A stretch of DNA of 50,092 nt from Ramlibacter sp. Its GTDB lineage: Bacteria; Pseudomonadota; Gammaproteobacteria; Burkholderiales; Burkholderiaceae_C. Position 1 is the stretch's first letter. Each line of letters opens with the position of its first letter. Under the pieces are notes generated by a model that saw only the letters and a list, made by a program, of their open reading frames with translations, searched no databases and was not told the DNA's origin. The stretch lies in NCBI GenBank assembly GCA_036263715.1, contig DATAGN010000056.1:1-50092 (forward strand), given 5' to 3'. Positions 19,326 through 28,660 of this stretch are shown piece after piece. Both the position numbers and the translations under genes were made by a program.

Positions 19326-19815
19326 AGACCTGGTGTTGCACACCCCCGAGCTGTCCGGCGGCAGGCGCGCTTCGGCGCCGCGCTCGCCGCTTCGAGTGCC
19401 CACCCTGCTGCAGTCGGCGCAGGCGGCCCAGTACTGCACCATGGAGCAGGCCTTCGCCGCCACCGGCGGTATCGTGGCCTCCGAGGAGATGGTGGGGAGG
19501 CTGCGGCGGCGCACGGACCAGCCGATCTCCCGGCTGGCACGCTGGATCGTGGACCGCGAGGTGCTCAGCTTCCAATGGCACGGGCACACGATGCTGCCGA
19601 TGTTCCAGTTCGACCCGCACAGCCTGGCTCCCTACGCGGAATTCACCACCGCGCTGCGCGAACTGGTGCCGGCCTTGAGCGACTGGGAGATCGCCGTGTG
19701 GTTCGCCACCCCGAACGTCTGGCTCGAAGAGCGGTCCCCGGTGGACGCGATCCTTTCGGATGCAGCGGCGGTGTTCGATGCGGCGCTGGCCGAGCGTTTC
19801 CTGGCCCGGGGCTGA
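19318..19815 (+). CDS. Hypothetical protein with Xre/MbcA/ParS-like C-terminal motif
   Basis: LPMFQFD...WEIAVWFATPNVWLEERSPVDAI resembles the W...PN..L....P motif of the MbcA/ParS/DUF2384 C-terminus; GGAG RBS. Confidence 0.72.
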   Translation: MREDLVLHTPELSGGRRASAPRSPLRVPTLLQSAQAAQYCTMEQAFAATGGIVASEEMVGRLRRRTDQPISRLARWIVDREVLSFQWHGHTMLPMFQFDPHSLAPYAEFTTALRELVPALSDWEIAVWFATPNVWLEERSPVDAILSDAAAVFDAALAERFLARG

Positions 19816-19816
19816 G

Positions 19817-21223
19817 ATGGCCGTTGAAGACTGGGATGCCATCGTCGTCGGCGCCGGTCAGGCCGGTCCCGCCCTCGCGGTGCGGCTGGCCGGCGCCGGC
19901 TACCGTACCGCCCTGATCGAGCGCGGACGTGTGGGCGGCACCTGCGTGCACACCGGCTGCACACCCACCAAGACGCTGGTGGCGGCCGCGCGAGTGGCGG
20001 CGCTCGCGCGCCGGGCGGGCGAATTCGGCATCACGCTGCCGGGTCCCGTGGCCGTCGACTTCGGCGCGGTGCGCGCGCGCGTTCAGGCGATCGTCGGGCA
20101 GTCCCTTCGCGGGCTGGAAAGCTGGCTGCAGGGTACCCAGGGGCTGTCGGTGGTCAGCGGGCATGCGCGTTTCATTGCTCCGGGCACCCTGCAGGTGCCG
20201 GGGCGCACGCTGCGGGCGCCGCGCGTGTTCCTCAACGTGGGGTGCCGTCCCACCGTGCCGGCGTGGGTGCGCGACGCGGGGGTGCCCTTCCTCACCAGCG
20301 ACAACGTGTTCGGCCTGCAGCAGCTGCCGCAGCACCTGGCCATCGTGGGCGCTGGCGCGATCGGCCTGGAGTTCGCCCAGGTGTTTCGCCGGCTGGGCAG
20401 CCAGGTGACCGTGCTGGAGCAAGGCGCCGCGCTGCTGCCGCGCGAAGATCCCGAAGCAGCCGCCGAGGTCGGCGCAGCGCTTGCGGCCGAGGGGGTGGTG
20501 CTGGAGCTCGGCGCCGATAACCTTGCCCTGGCGCGCGCGCCAGGGTGTGAGGCGCTACTGCTCACGTTCAGGCGCGCCGGCACCTCGCACTCCGTGCAGG
20601 CCAGCCACGTTCTGGTCGCGACGGGGCGGCAACCCAACACCGGCGAGCTCGGCCTGGAACAGGCCGGGGTCGCGCTGGACGAGCGGGGCTTCGTACGCGT
20701 CGACGGCCAGCTGCGCACCAGCGTGCCGGGGATCTGGGCGCTGGGCGACGTCAACGGCCGCGGGGCCTTCACGCACACGGCATGGAACGACTACGAGGTG
20801 GTGGCTGCCAACCTGCTGGACGGCCAAGCTCGCTCTGTCGACGAGCGCGTGTCGCGCTATGCGCTCTACGTGGATCCGCCGCTCGCACGCATCGGCGACT
20901 CCGAGCAGCAGGCGCGTGCCCGCGGCAGTGAAGTGCTGGTCGGCTTCCTTCCCATGAGCAGCGTGGGACGCGCACGCGAGCGGGGCGAGACGCGTGGGTT
21001 CATGAAGGTGCTGGTGGATGCGGCCTCCATGCAGCTGCTGGGCGCAACTCTGGTATGTGCGGATGCCGACGAGATCATTCACTCGTTGGTGGCCCTCATG
21101 GCGGCGGATGTCGACGTGCGCCGCATCGCCAGCAGCGTTCCCATTCACCCGACCATCAGCGAGCTGATTCCCACCATGCTGCAGCGGCTGATGCCGCTGC
21201 AGCCCACCGCGTCGCCCGCGTGA
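19817..21223 (+). CDS. FAD-dependent pyridine nucleotide-disulfide oxidoreductase (class I; MerA-like/RclA-like, no C-terminal Cys pair)
   Basis: GAGQAG, GGTCVHTGCTPTK, GAGAIGLE, TSVPGIWALGD, HPTISE. Confidence 0.92.
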   Translation: MAVEDWDAIVVGAGQAGPALAVRLAGAGYRTALIERGRVGGTCVHTGCTPTKTLVAAARVAALARRAGEFGITLPGPVAVDFGAVRARVQAIVGQSLRGLESWLQGTQGLSVVSGHARFIAPGTLQVPGRTLRAPRVFLNVGCRPTVPAWVRDAGVPFLTSDNVFGLQQLPQHLAIVGAGAIGLEFAQVFRRLGSQVTVLEQGAALLPREDPEAAAEVGAALAAEGVVLELGADNLALARAPGCEALLLTFRRAGTSHSVQASHVLVATGRQPNTGELGLEQAGVALDERGFVRVDGQLRTSVPGIWALGDVNGRGAFTHTAWNDYEVVAANLLDGQARSVDERVSRYALYVDPPLARIGDSEQQARARGSEVLVGFLPMSSVGRARERGETRGFMKVLVDAASMQLLGATLVCADADEIIHSLVALMAADVDVRRIASSVPIHPTISELIPTMLQRLMPLQPTASPA

Positions 21224-21460
21224 TGCGTGCGCGAGGGAAGGCGCCGGCCGCGCCTTCACGCGCCGGGCCGCAACACCCTTTCGTGCGTGCCCACAACGCG
21301 AGCGCGCCCCTCTGGCCAGGCAGCGGTGTGCCGGCGCTGTTCGCCGCGAACCGTTCGGCGACCGGCGCCCGGCGGGGTGCAGGCGCCGCTCGGCGGCCCA
21401 GATGGCCCGCCCCGGCTGGCCCGGCCGGAACTCACGACGCAGGAGGGTGGGCTACCTGCG

Positions 21461-21592
21461 ACTTTGGTCGGAGGGCGGCGGCCGCGGCGCGTGGCACCGT
21501 GGCGGCTGCGCAAGGGAGCCCCGACGCGTGCCCATCCGCGGGCGCGGGTGCGCGTCGTTCCTGTTTACGCGGGAGGCAGTTCGGTGCATCCT
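21461..21592 (+). promoter_or_regulatory. Operator core ACTTTGGT (21461-21468) and candidate promoter TTTACG-N17-CATCCT (21564-21592) upstream of the response regulator
   Basis: GCGACTTTGGT also occurs at 18972; the -35 equals that at 28062 and the -10 equals that at 27958. Confidence 0.5.
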
Positions 21593-21637
21593 CCGGTGCA
21601 CGACAGCAGCCGCGCTGACGATCGACAAGGAGCGGAC

Positions 21638-22342
21638 ATGACCCAAGCTGCAGGGGCCGCAGCAGGCACGCCATGCGTTGTGTTCATCGTGGATGATGAC
21701 GTGTCCGTGCGCGAGTCGCTGGAGCTGCTGCTCGAGACGGCTGGCTGGCCGGTGGAAACTTTCGAGTCGGCGCAGCAGTTCCTCGAGCGGACCCGGCCGC
21801 TGGTGCCCAGCTGCCTCGTTCTGGACGTCGCGATGCCGGGGCTGAATGGCCTGGACCTGCAGCAACGCGTCGTCGCCGAGCGTCCCGACATGCCGATCAT
21901 CTTCATCACCGGCTACGGGGATGTGCCCACCACGGTACGAGCGATGAAGGCTGGCGCGGTCGAATTCCTGACCAAGCCGATCAGCGATGAACTGCTGCTG
22001 GAGGCGGTCCGGCAGGCAATCGAGCGCAGCCGCGCGGCGCTGCAGGACGAGTTGCAGCTGAACGCGTTGCGCGGCCGCTATGCGTCCCTCAGCCAGCGGG
22101 AAAGGGAAGTGATGGTGCTGGTGGTGTCCGGGCTGCTGAACAAGCAGGTAGGCGGCAAGCTGGGCATCAGCGAGATCACCGTCAAGGCCCACCGCGGCAG
22201 CGTCATGCGCAAGATGCAGGCCGCTTCGCTGCCGGACCTGGTGAACATGTGCGCCCTGCTCGGGCTGGGTGGCGTGCGCGAGGGCTCGTCTCCGGCCGGT
22301 TCGCCCGAGCGGCTCACTGCGGAGCGCCGACCGCCGGCCTGA
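21638..22342 (+). CDS. FixJ/NodW/StyR/TodT-family response regulator (REC + LuxR HTH)
   Basis: VFIVDDD, CLVLDV, IFITGYGD, FLTKP; LSQREREV...LNKQVG..LGISEITVKAHRGSVMRKM; AAGGAG RBS. The 371-aa ORF N-terminal extension is spurious. Confidence 0.95.
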   Translation: MTQAAGAAAGTPCVVFIVDDDVSVRESLELLLETAGWPVETFESAQQFLERTRPLVPSCLVLDVAMPGLNGLDLQQRVVAERPDMPIIFITGYGDVPTTVRAMKAGAVEFLTKPISDELLLEAVRQAIERSRAALQDELQLNALRGRYASLSQREREVMVLVVSGLLNKQVGGKLGISEITVKAHRGSVMRKMQAASLPDLVNMCALLGLGGVREGSSPAGSPERLTAERRPPA

Positions 22343-22358
22343 GCGCGGGCCGTGCCGC

Positions 22359-25300
22359 TCAGAAGTGGTCCGGCGCCGGCCCCGCCACGGGGAGGGTGAA
22401 CTGGAACAGCATGCCCCGGGGTTGCGCCGGGCTGGCCCACAGCTTGCCGCCATGCGCGTGCACGATGGAGCGGCAGATCGACAAGCCGATGCCCAGGCCA
22501 TCGTCCTTGGTGCTGTAGAAGGGATCGAATACCCGCGCGACCTGCGCCGGCGCGATGCCAGCGCCGGAGTCGCGCACGCGCACCACGACGGAGTCAGATC
22601 CAGAGCGGTCGGTGCTGATGCACAGCTCGCGCACCGCGTCTTGCGGCGCCGCCATGGCGTCCATCGCATTCACGATCAAGTTGAGGATCACCTGCTGCAG
22701 CTGTACCCGGTCGCCAGCAACGGCAGGCAGCCCCTCGGCCAGCTCGGTGCGCACCAGCACGTTGCGCTTGGCCGCTTCGCCCTTGGTCAGCTCGAGCACC
22801 TCGCACACGGCGCCGTTGATCTCCACCTGGTCGCTGCGCGCGGGGGCCTTGCGCACCAGGGCGCGGATGCGGTCGATCACGTCGCGCGCGCGCGTGCCAT
22901 CGCGCACGATGCGCTCGAGCGCCTGCGCGGCGCCGGGCACATTCGGCGGCTCCGCCTTGAGCCTGCGCAGCGCCGTCTCCGCATTGGTGATCACGCCGAC
23001 CACCGGCTGGCTCACTTCATGCGCGATCGAGGCTGTGAGCTGCCCCAAGGTGGCCACGCGGGTTGCGTGCGCCAGTGCGGTCTCCACTTCGCGGTAGCGC
23101 CGCTCGCCTTCGCGCGCTGCCGCTTCTGCACGCTTGGTCTCGCTGAGGTCGATGACGAAGGCCAAGCCTTCGAGCCGGCGCTCGTCGAAGGCGGCCAGCC
23201 CCATCAGCACCGGCACGCGGCTGCCGTCCTTGCGCGCATACTCCTTCTCGAAAGGGGCAACGCTGCCGGCGGCCTGGACCTGCGCGGCCGTCTGCACGTC
23301 CCGCTCGCCCCAGTCCGGCGGCGACAGCGTGTCGCGGCGTACGCGCCCGGCGGCGAGGTCGGCACGGTCGTAGCCCACCATGCGCAGGAAGGCGTCGTTG
23401 GCCTCCACCAGCACCGGCACCTTGGCGGCGTCGTACGGGCTGATCTTCCAGATGTAGGTGCCGATGATGTTGGCATCCACCAGCCGGCGGATGCGTGCCT
23501 CGCGTTCGGCTACGTCCCGGTACAGCCGGGCGTTTTCCAGGGCGATGGCCGCCTGCGTGGCCAGCAGCGTGAGCACGCCAGTGCGCCCGGACATGAACAC
23601 GCCCGGGGCCAGCTGGTTCTCCAGGTACAGCACCGCACTGAGCTTGCCGCGCGCGACCAGCGGCAGGCAGAAGATCGAGCGCACCCGGTGCGTGCGCACG
23701 TAGGGGTCCGTGGCGAAGAGCGGATGGGCGATCGCGTCGTCCAGCAGCACCAGCTCGCCGGTACGCAGCACGTACAGCAGTACCGAGGTGGCCAGCGCAG
23801 CGTCCTCCACCGGCAGCTGGCACAGCTGCACGGCCACCGTCTCGCCATCGACCCGTGCCTGCGCCTCGATCAGCGGGTGCGGCTCGCCCGGCACGACCAG
23901 GAAGCCGCGCTGGGCACCGGCTTGCTGCAGCGCGGTGCGCAGCAGCGTCGCCAGCAGCCGGTCCAGCACGATCTCGCCGGACACGGTGCGCGACACCTCC
24001 AGCACCGTGGCCAAGTCCAGGTCCGCCACCGGGGTGCCGATGGTGCCGGCAGTGGACAGCGCCGGCGGGTGCTCTTCGCGCAGGCGCGGATGCAGCTGCT
24101 GCAATTGCCTCACCTTGCCGTCGGCGCCCCAGCGCAGGTAGCCGTTGCGCGCCTTGAGCAGGTGCATCGCCGCTTCGTCGGTGCAGCCCTGGCTGGTGTA
24201 GAAGCCCGCCGCAAGCTCGTGCCCGAGCGCCTCCAGGTGCACGAAGCCGCTGGCGCGGGCGGCGCGGAGGGCATCGGCGTACAGCTGGACCGCCTGGAAC
24301 TCGCGCTGTGACAGGCGCGCGATCTCCGCGCCCACCAGCGCGGCGCAGCAGGCGAAGTTGTCCGGACAGTGGCGCGCCCATTCCAGCAGCTGGCAGTGGT
24401 GCGCCTCGGCCGCCTCCAGGTGGGTCGCGCGTGCCGCAGCCGCCGCGCCGGCGCAGCAGGCGGCGTGGGCAAGGGCGCCATAGAAGCGGTAATCCACCGG
24501 TTCCATGGTGCTCAGGTTGTCCGGCAGGTACAGCTGCAGCCTGGCCTCCGCACGCAGCACCCCGTCGTGATCTCCGGCGAAGTAGCGCGCCTTCAGCTTG
24601 GTGGTCCAGTACATGAACTGCACCATCCCGGAGCGGCCAGCGTAGCGCCGCTCGATGTCGTCCTCGTCGAAGTCGGCATCGTTCAGGCTGCCAAAGCGCG
24701 GGCTCAGGCCGCGCAGCATGCGCGCCAGGGCCACGTTGGCGCGCAACAGGTCGGTGAAGGATTCGAATTTGACCGAGCGGCCGAAGGCCACCCCTTCCTC
24801 CGCCTCCCGCTGGATCAGCGCAAGCGGGTCGCCGGCGGCGAAGCGGTTGGTGCTCATGCCCTTGGCGCAGATGGTGGCGTAGTACAGGTATCCGCTGTCG
24901 CGTGCGCTGGCAAAGGCGCTGTCGATCAGGTCGCGTCCGGCCTTGTAGTGCCGAGTCCAGGGCATCACCATGTTGCCCAGCAGGAAGTACACCGCCGGGC
25001 GGAAGCGGGCCAGTCCGCGCTTGTCGACGAGCTCGCGCCCGAGCTGGCCCAGGCGGTAAGCGCCTTGGTAGTCGCCGAACAACCGGCCGGCGATGATGCC
25101 CAGACGCACGTAGGCCGCCGGCGAAGCGTCGCTGTTGCCGCTGCGCAGGATCAACCGCACGGTGCGGCAGACCAGGAGTGCGAACAGCGGTACGTTGATG
25201 AAGAAGGCCGGCACGGTGAGCTTGCTCAGAACGTCCAGCGTCGCCACGGCGTCCCCGTCGGTCATCAGCGGCTGTGCCAGCAGCTCCTCGTGGCCGCGTC

Positions 25301-27920
25301 GGTCCAGCGCCGCGCGCGTCAGCTCGTATTCCATGCGTACTTCGGGGTCCTCTGGGTGCGCCGGCCAGTGCATGCCGAGCTCCCGCAGGAAGTCCAGACC
25401 CGCGGCGATCGCCTCGTCGCCGCGATCGAAGGTGGTGTACATGTCGATCTGCAGGCAGGCGACGCGAGAGCGCTCGACGGTATCGAGGGCGCGCGAGGGC
25501 AGGACGGCCAGCCGCTCCTCGGCTTTCGCCATCGCATCGGACAGGAAGGCGCATTCGGCGCGCTGCAGTTCCAGCCGGAACGCCAAGGCGTGCTGGCTGC
25601 TCCAGCAGCCCTCGTCCAGCAGCGCCGCGCCGGCTTCCGCGTACAGCCATGCGGCGGCGTACGCGGTCGAGGACTTGGCACGTTCGGCCGCTTCCAGGTT
25701 CAGCGCCGCCACCAGCACGCGCTCGGCCTGGTCCGTGATCAGCTGCACGCTGCGGTTGAAGTGGTTGACGATGTCGAACACCAGCTCGCCGCGCTCCTGC
25801 GGCGAGCTGTGCGCCAGCAGCAGGCGGGCCACGCGCAGGTCGTGCATCGGGCGCGCCTCGGGCGGGATGAGCGAGTAGGCCGCCTCGCGGACCCGGTCGT
25901 GCTGGAACACGTAGGTGTCACCCGTGCGCTGCACCAGCCCGGCATGCACCGCATCCCAGAGTTGCGCATGCACCTGGTGGACCGGCGCCTCGCAGACCTT
26001 GGCCAGCAGTTCGCACGGAGCGGCATGGCCCACGCAGGCCAGTTGCTGCAGCACCGCCAGTGTGGAAGGCGGCAGGCGATTGAGCTTGACCACCATCAGG
26101 TCGACCACGTTGTCGGTGTAGCGCTTGGACGCCATGCGCGCCAGGTCCCAGCGCCAGCGCCCGCGGCCGTGGTCGAAGGCGAGCAGGCCTTCGTCCACCA
26201 GTGCATGCAGGAACTGCGCGGCAAACAGCGGATTGCCGCCCGTCTTCTCGTGCACCAGGCGGGCCAGTGGACGGGCGCGCTGGAGTCCGCAGCGCAAGGC
26301 TCCAGCGACCATCTGCGCGAGGTCCTCGCCCTGCAGCGGGGCCAGGACGATCTCGTGCACGGGCGCGCCGGCGGCTCGCACGGCCTCGATCTTGCGGCGC
26401 AGCGGGTGCAAGGGCCCGACCTCGTTGTCCCGGTAGGAGCCCACCAGCAGCAGGTGCCCACGCTGGCCGTTCGCCAGGATCTCCTGCACCAACTCCAGTG
26501 TCGCCGCGTCCAGCCATTGCAGGTCGTCCAGGAAGAGCACGAGCGGGTGGTCCGCAGTGGCGAACACCGCGAGGAAGCGCTGCACCACGGCCTGGAAGGC
26601 ACGGTGCGCGTCCTGCGCCGGCAGGCGGGGGGCAGGCGGCTGCTTGCCGATCACCAGTTCCAGCTGCGGGATGAGGTCGACCAGCAGCTGCCCCTGCGCA
26701 CCCAGTGCCTCGCGCAATGCATGCTGCCAATGCCGCAGCTGCGCCTCCTCGCGGCTCAGGAGCTGCTCCACGAGGCCCTGCAGCGCCTCGGCCAGCGTGC
26801 CGTAGGGAATCTCGCGCTTGTACTGGTCGAACTTGCCCCAGGCGAACAGGCCCCGCGCGGGCACCATCGACTTGTGCAACTCGTGCACCAGCGAGGACTT
26901 GCCTGTTCCGGAGTAGCCGGCCACCAACACCAGCGTGGGCCGGCCGCTGGCGAACACGTTCTCGAACGCCTGCAGCAGCACGGACAGTTCGGCCGACCGT
27001 CCGCACAACACCTCCGGGATCAGCAGCCGGTCCGGCAGGTCGCGGCTGCCCAGCGGCATCGCTGCGATGCAGCGCGATGCCTCCCAGTCGGCCAGGCAGC
27101 ACTGCAGGTCGTGCTCCACCCCGGCGGCGGTCTGGTAGCGTTCCTCGGCGGTCTTGGCCAGCAGCTTCAGCACGATGCGCCCCAGGATGGGCGGCAGGTC
27201 GGCAACCCGGTCCTGCGGGGGCACCGGCGAGCGTGCGACGTGGCAGTGGATCCATTCCATCGGGTCGGCCGCCGAGAACGGCAGCACGCCGGTGAGCATG
27301 CGGTAGAAGACGACGCCAAGCGCATACAGGTCGCTGCGCGAATCGATGGAGCGGTTCATGCGCCCGGTCTGTTCCGGTGCCATGTAGGGCAGGGTGCCGG
27401 CGATGAACTCGGGAGGTGCCGGCACCTGTTTTTCGCGCGGCAGCTGCGACGCCAGGCCGAGCCCCGTCAGCCGCACGCGCCCATCGCCGGCCACCAGCAG
27501 GTGCGCGGGCTTGAGGTCCTTGTGGACCAGGCCCTGCGCGTGAAGCCGCGCCAGGGTCGCCGTGATGGCGAGGGCGAGGCGCAGGAAGCGGCCGGTCTCC
27601 ATCGGCTGGCCAAGAAAGCGCTCCAGCGGCTCGCCCCCCGGATCGTCCAGCACCAGCAGGGGCCGGTCCTGGTCGTGCACCAGTTCCAGCGGCCGCACCG
27701 CCCAATCTCCGTCCAACAACTGCCGCAAACCGTATTCGTGCGCCAGCCGGTCGACGCTGGCGCGTGCCGGGCGCTCGGCTGTCAGCATCAGGGTGAGCAC
27801 CTGCCGCGCCCGGCCATCGGGGCCGGTGCGCACTCCCCGTACCAGCGCCCGGTCTGCGTCTTCCCACAAGACTTCGCGCCGCTCGTCGTGCGGGGACGTG
27901 CAGGCGATCGCAGTGTTCAT
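22359..27920 (-). CDS. Trifunctional Ser/Thr-kinase-like / AAA-ATPase / GAF / PAS / histidine kinase (1853 aa)
   Basis: HKDLKP...YMAPEQTGRMNRSIDSRSDLY; Walker A GYSGTGKS; LVLFLDDLQW; GAF (CLPL...VLYLEN); PAS (ANIIG); ASIAHEVSQP; GLGIGL. Confidence 0.95.
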   Translation of the reverse strand: MNTAIACTSPHDERREVLWEDADRALVRGVRTGPDGRARQVLTLMLTAERPARASVDRLAHEYGLRQLLDGDWAVRPLELVHDQDRPLLVLDDPGGEPLERFLGQPMETGRFLRLALAITATLARLHAQGLVHKDLKPAHLLVAGDGRVRLTGLGLASQLPREKQVPAPPEFIAGTLPYMAPEQTGRMNRSIDSRSDLYALGVVFYRMLTGVLPFSAADPMEWIHCHVARSPVPPQDRVADLPPILGRIVLKLLAKTAEERYQTAAGVEHDLQCCLADWEASRCIAAMPLGSRDLPDRLLIPEVLCGRSAELSVLLQAFENVFASGRPTLVLVAGYSGTGKSSLVHELHKSMVPARGLFAWGKFDQYKREIPYGTLAEALQGLVEQLLSREEAQLRHWQHALREALGAQGQLLVDLIPQLELVIGKQPPAPRLPAQDAHRAFQAVVQRFLAVFATADHPLVLFLDDLQWLDAATLELVQEILANGQRGHLLLVGSYRDNEVGPLHPLRRKIEAVRAAGAPVHEIVLAPLQGEDLAQMVAGALRCGLQRARPLARLVHEKTGGNPLFAAQFLHALVDEGLLAFDHGRGRWRWDLARMASKRYTDNVVDLMVVKLNRLPPSTLAVLQQLACVGHAAPCELLAKVCEAPVHQVHAQLWDAVHAGLVQRTGDTYVFQHDRVREAAYSLIPPEARPMHDLRVARLLLAHSSPQERGELVFDIVNHFNRSVQLITDQAERVLVAALNLEAAERAKSSTAYAAAWLYAEAGAALLDEGCWSSQHALAFRLELQRAECAFLSDAMAKAEERLAVLPSRALDTVERSRVACLQIDMYTTFDRGDEAIAAGLDFLRELGMHWPAHPEDPEVRMEYELTRAALDRRGHEELLAQPLMTDGDAVATLDVLSKLTVPAFFINVPLFALLVCRTVRLILRSGNSDASPAAYVRLGIIAGRLFGDYQGAYRLGQLGRELVDKRGLARFRPAVYFLLGNMVMPWTRHYKAGRDLIDSAFASARDSGYLYYATICAKGMSTNRFAAGDPLALIQREAEEGVAFGRSVKFESFTDLLRANVALARMLRGLSPRFGSLNDADFDEDDIERRYAGRSGMVQFMYWTTKLKARYFAGDHDGVLRAEARLQLYLPDNLSTMEPVDYRFYGALAHAACCAGAAAAARATHLEAAEAHHCQLLEWARHCPDNFACCAALVGAEIARLSQREFQAVQLYADALRAARASGFVHLEALGHELAAGFYTSQGCTDEAAMHLLKARNGYLRWGADGKVRQLQQLHPRLREEHPPALSTAGTIGTPVADLDLATVLEVSRTVSGEIVLDRLLATLLRTALQQAGAQRGFLVVPGEPHPLIEAQARVDGETVAVQLCQLPVEDAALATSVLLYVLRTGELVLLDDAIAHPLFATDPYVRTHRVRSIFCLPLVARGKLSAVLYLENQLAPGVFMSGRTGVLTLLATQAAIALENARLYRDVAEREARIRRLVDANIIGTYIWKISPYDAAKVPVLVEANDAFLRMVGYDRADLAAGRVRRDTLSPPDWGERDVQTAAQVQAAGSVAPFEKEYARKDGSRVPVLMGLAAFDERRLEGLAFVIDLSETKRAEAAAREGERRYREVETALAHATRVATLGQLTASIAHEVSQPVVGVITNAETALRRLKAEPPNVPGAAQALERIVRDGTRARDVIDRIRALVRKAPARSDQVEINGAVCEVLELTKGEAAKRNVLVRTELAEGLPAVAGDRVQLQQVILNLIVNAMDAMAAPQDAVRELCISTDRSGSDSVVVRVRDSGAGIAPAQVARVFDPFYSTKDDGLGIGLSICRSIVHAHGGKLWASPAQPRGMLFQFTLPVAGPAPDHF

Positions 27921-27957
27921 CGGTCGGTCAGCCGGGCGCGCTGGGCGGGAGCCGCCG

Positions 27958-27999
27958 AGGATGCGCCCAGGCGGCACGCGTGTCCACCCATACCTTGGT
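27958..27999 (-). promoter_or_regulatory. Operator + promoter: ACCAAGGT-ATGGG-TGGACA-N17-CATCCT
   Basis: Palindromic ATACC-TT-GGTAT; shares ACCAAGGTATGG with the divergent copy at 28050. Confidence 0.72.
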
Positions 28000-28049
28000 A
28001 TAACGCGACCGCGCGGTGCCGCCGGCTGCGGGTTCAGCCCCCCGGTGAC

Positions 28050-28090
28050 ACCAAGGTATGGTTTACGCACGTGCGGAACTGGTGCACGCT
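28050..28090 (+). promoter_or_regulatory. Operator + promoter: ACCAAGGT-ATGG-TTTACG-N17-CACGCT
   Basis: Conserved core-to--35 spacing; upstream of the single-domain regulator. Confidence 0.72.
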
Positions 28091-28114
28091 TGCGGTATTG
28101 GACACGGAGCCGTG

Positions 28115-28522
28115 ATGAACAGTGGCGGCAGGGACGATCATTCTGCGAAAGCGCCGCGCCCCCTGGTGTGCGTGGTGGACGACGACGAGTCCGTGCGCGA
28201 GGCGCTGCCCGACCTGCTGACGGAGTTCGGTTTCAGCTCGCGTGCGTTCGCCTCGGCGGAGGAATTCCTGCTGGATGGCCCGCCGCTGCGGCCGCAGGCG
28301 GTGATCCTGGATGTTGCTATGCCCGGCATGACCGGACCGGAGCTGTTCCTGGAACTGCAGCGGCGCGGCCAGGGATTCCCGACGGTGTTCATCACCGCCC
28401 ATGCCGACCCCGCGCTGCTGCCCCGGCTGGTGCAGCAGGGTGCCGTGGCTTGCCTGTTCAAGCCGTTCAGCGACACCGCGCTGCTGGACGCCGTGAACGC
28501 GGCGGTCGCCCAGGCCGCCTGA
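28115..28522 (+). CDS. Single-domain response regulator (receiver only)
   Basis: VCVVDDD, VILDVAMPGMTG, VFITA, LFKPF. Confidence 0.92.
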   Translation: MNSGGRDDHSAKAPRPLVCVVDDDESVREALPDLLTEFGFSSRAFASAEEFLLDGPPLRPQAVILDVAMPGMTGPELFLELQRRGQGFPTVFITAHADPALLPRLVQQGAVACLFKPFSDTALLDAVNAAVAQAA

Positions 28523-28660
28523 GCGAGCGGCACGCGGCTGGCGTGCGACTTCCGGCAGGGGAGCGGCTGTCCCTTCGGCACGATCGCCGCGGCCCGCACG
28601 GCTCTTACGCTGCTGCTGCCGACGTGCGCCGCACGCGGCGCCACCCTTCCAGGAGAGAAC

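Noticed and set aside
19817-21223. Mercuric reductase MerA or PDH E3 call
   Set aside because: No C-terminal Cys-Cys and no mer genes; no E2 neighbour; only the family-level call is supportable
21227-21637. N-terminal extensions in the ORF track (for example 21227, 15245, 11690, 45769, 46031, 8319 starts)
   Set aside because: Low-complexity Arg/Pro/Ala sequence; a better RBS and family-typical N-terminus lie downstream
22269-28115. Long alternative ORFs over the giant kinase (680, 877, 1248 and 649 aa)
   Set aside because: Antisense or off-frame shadows with no recognisable domains
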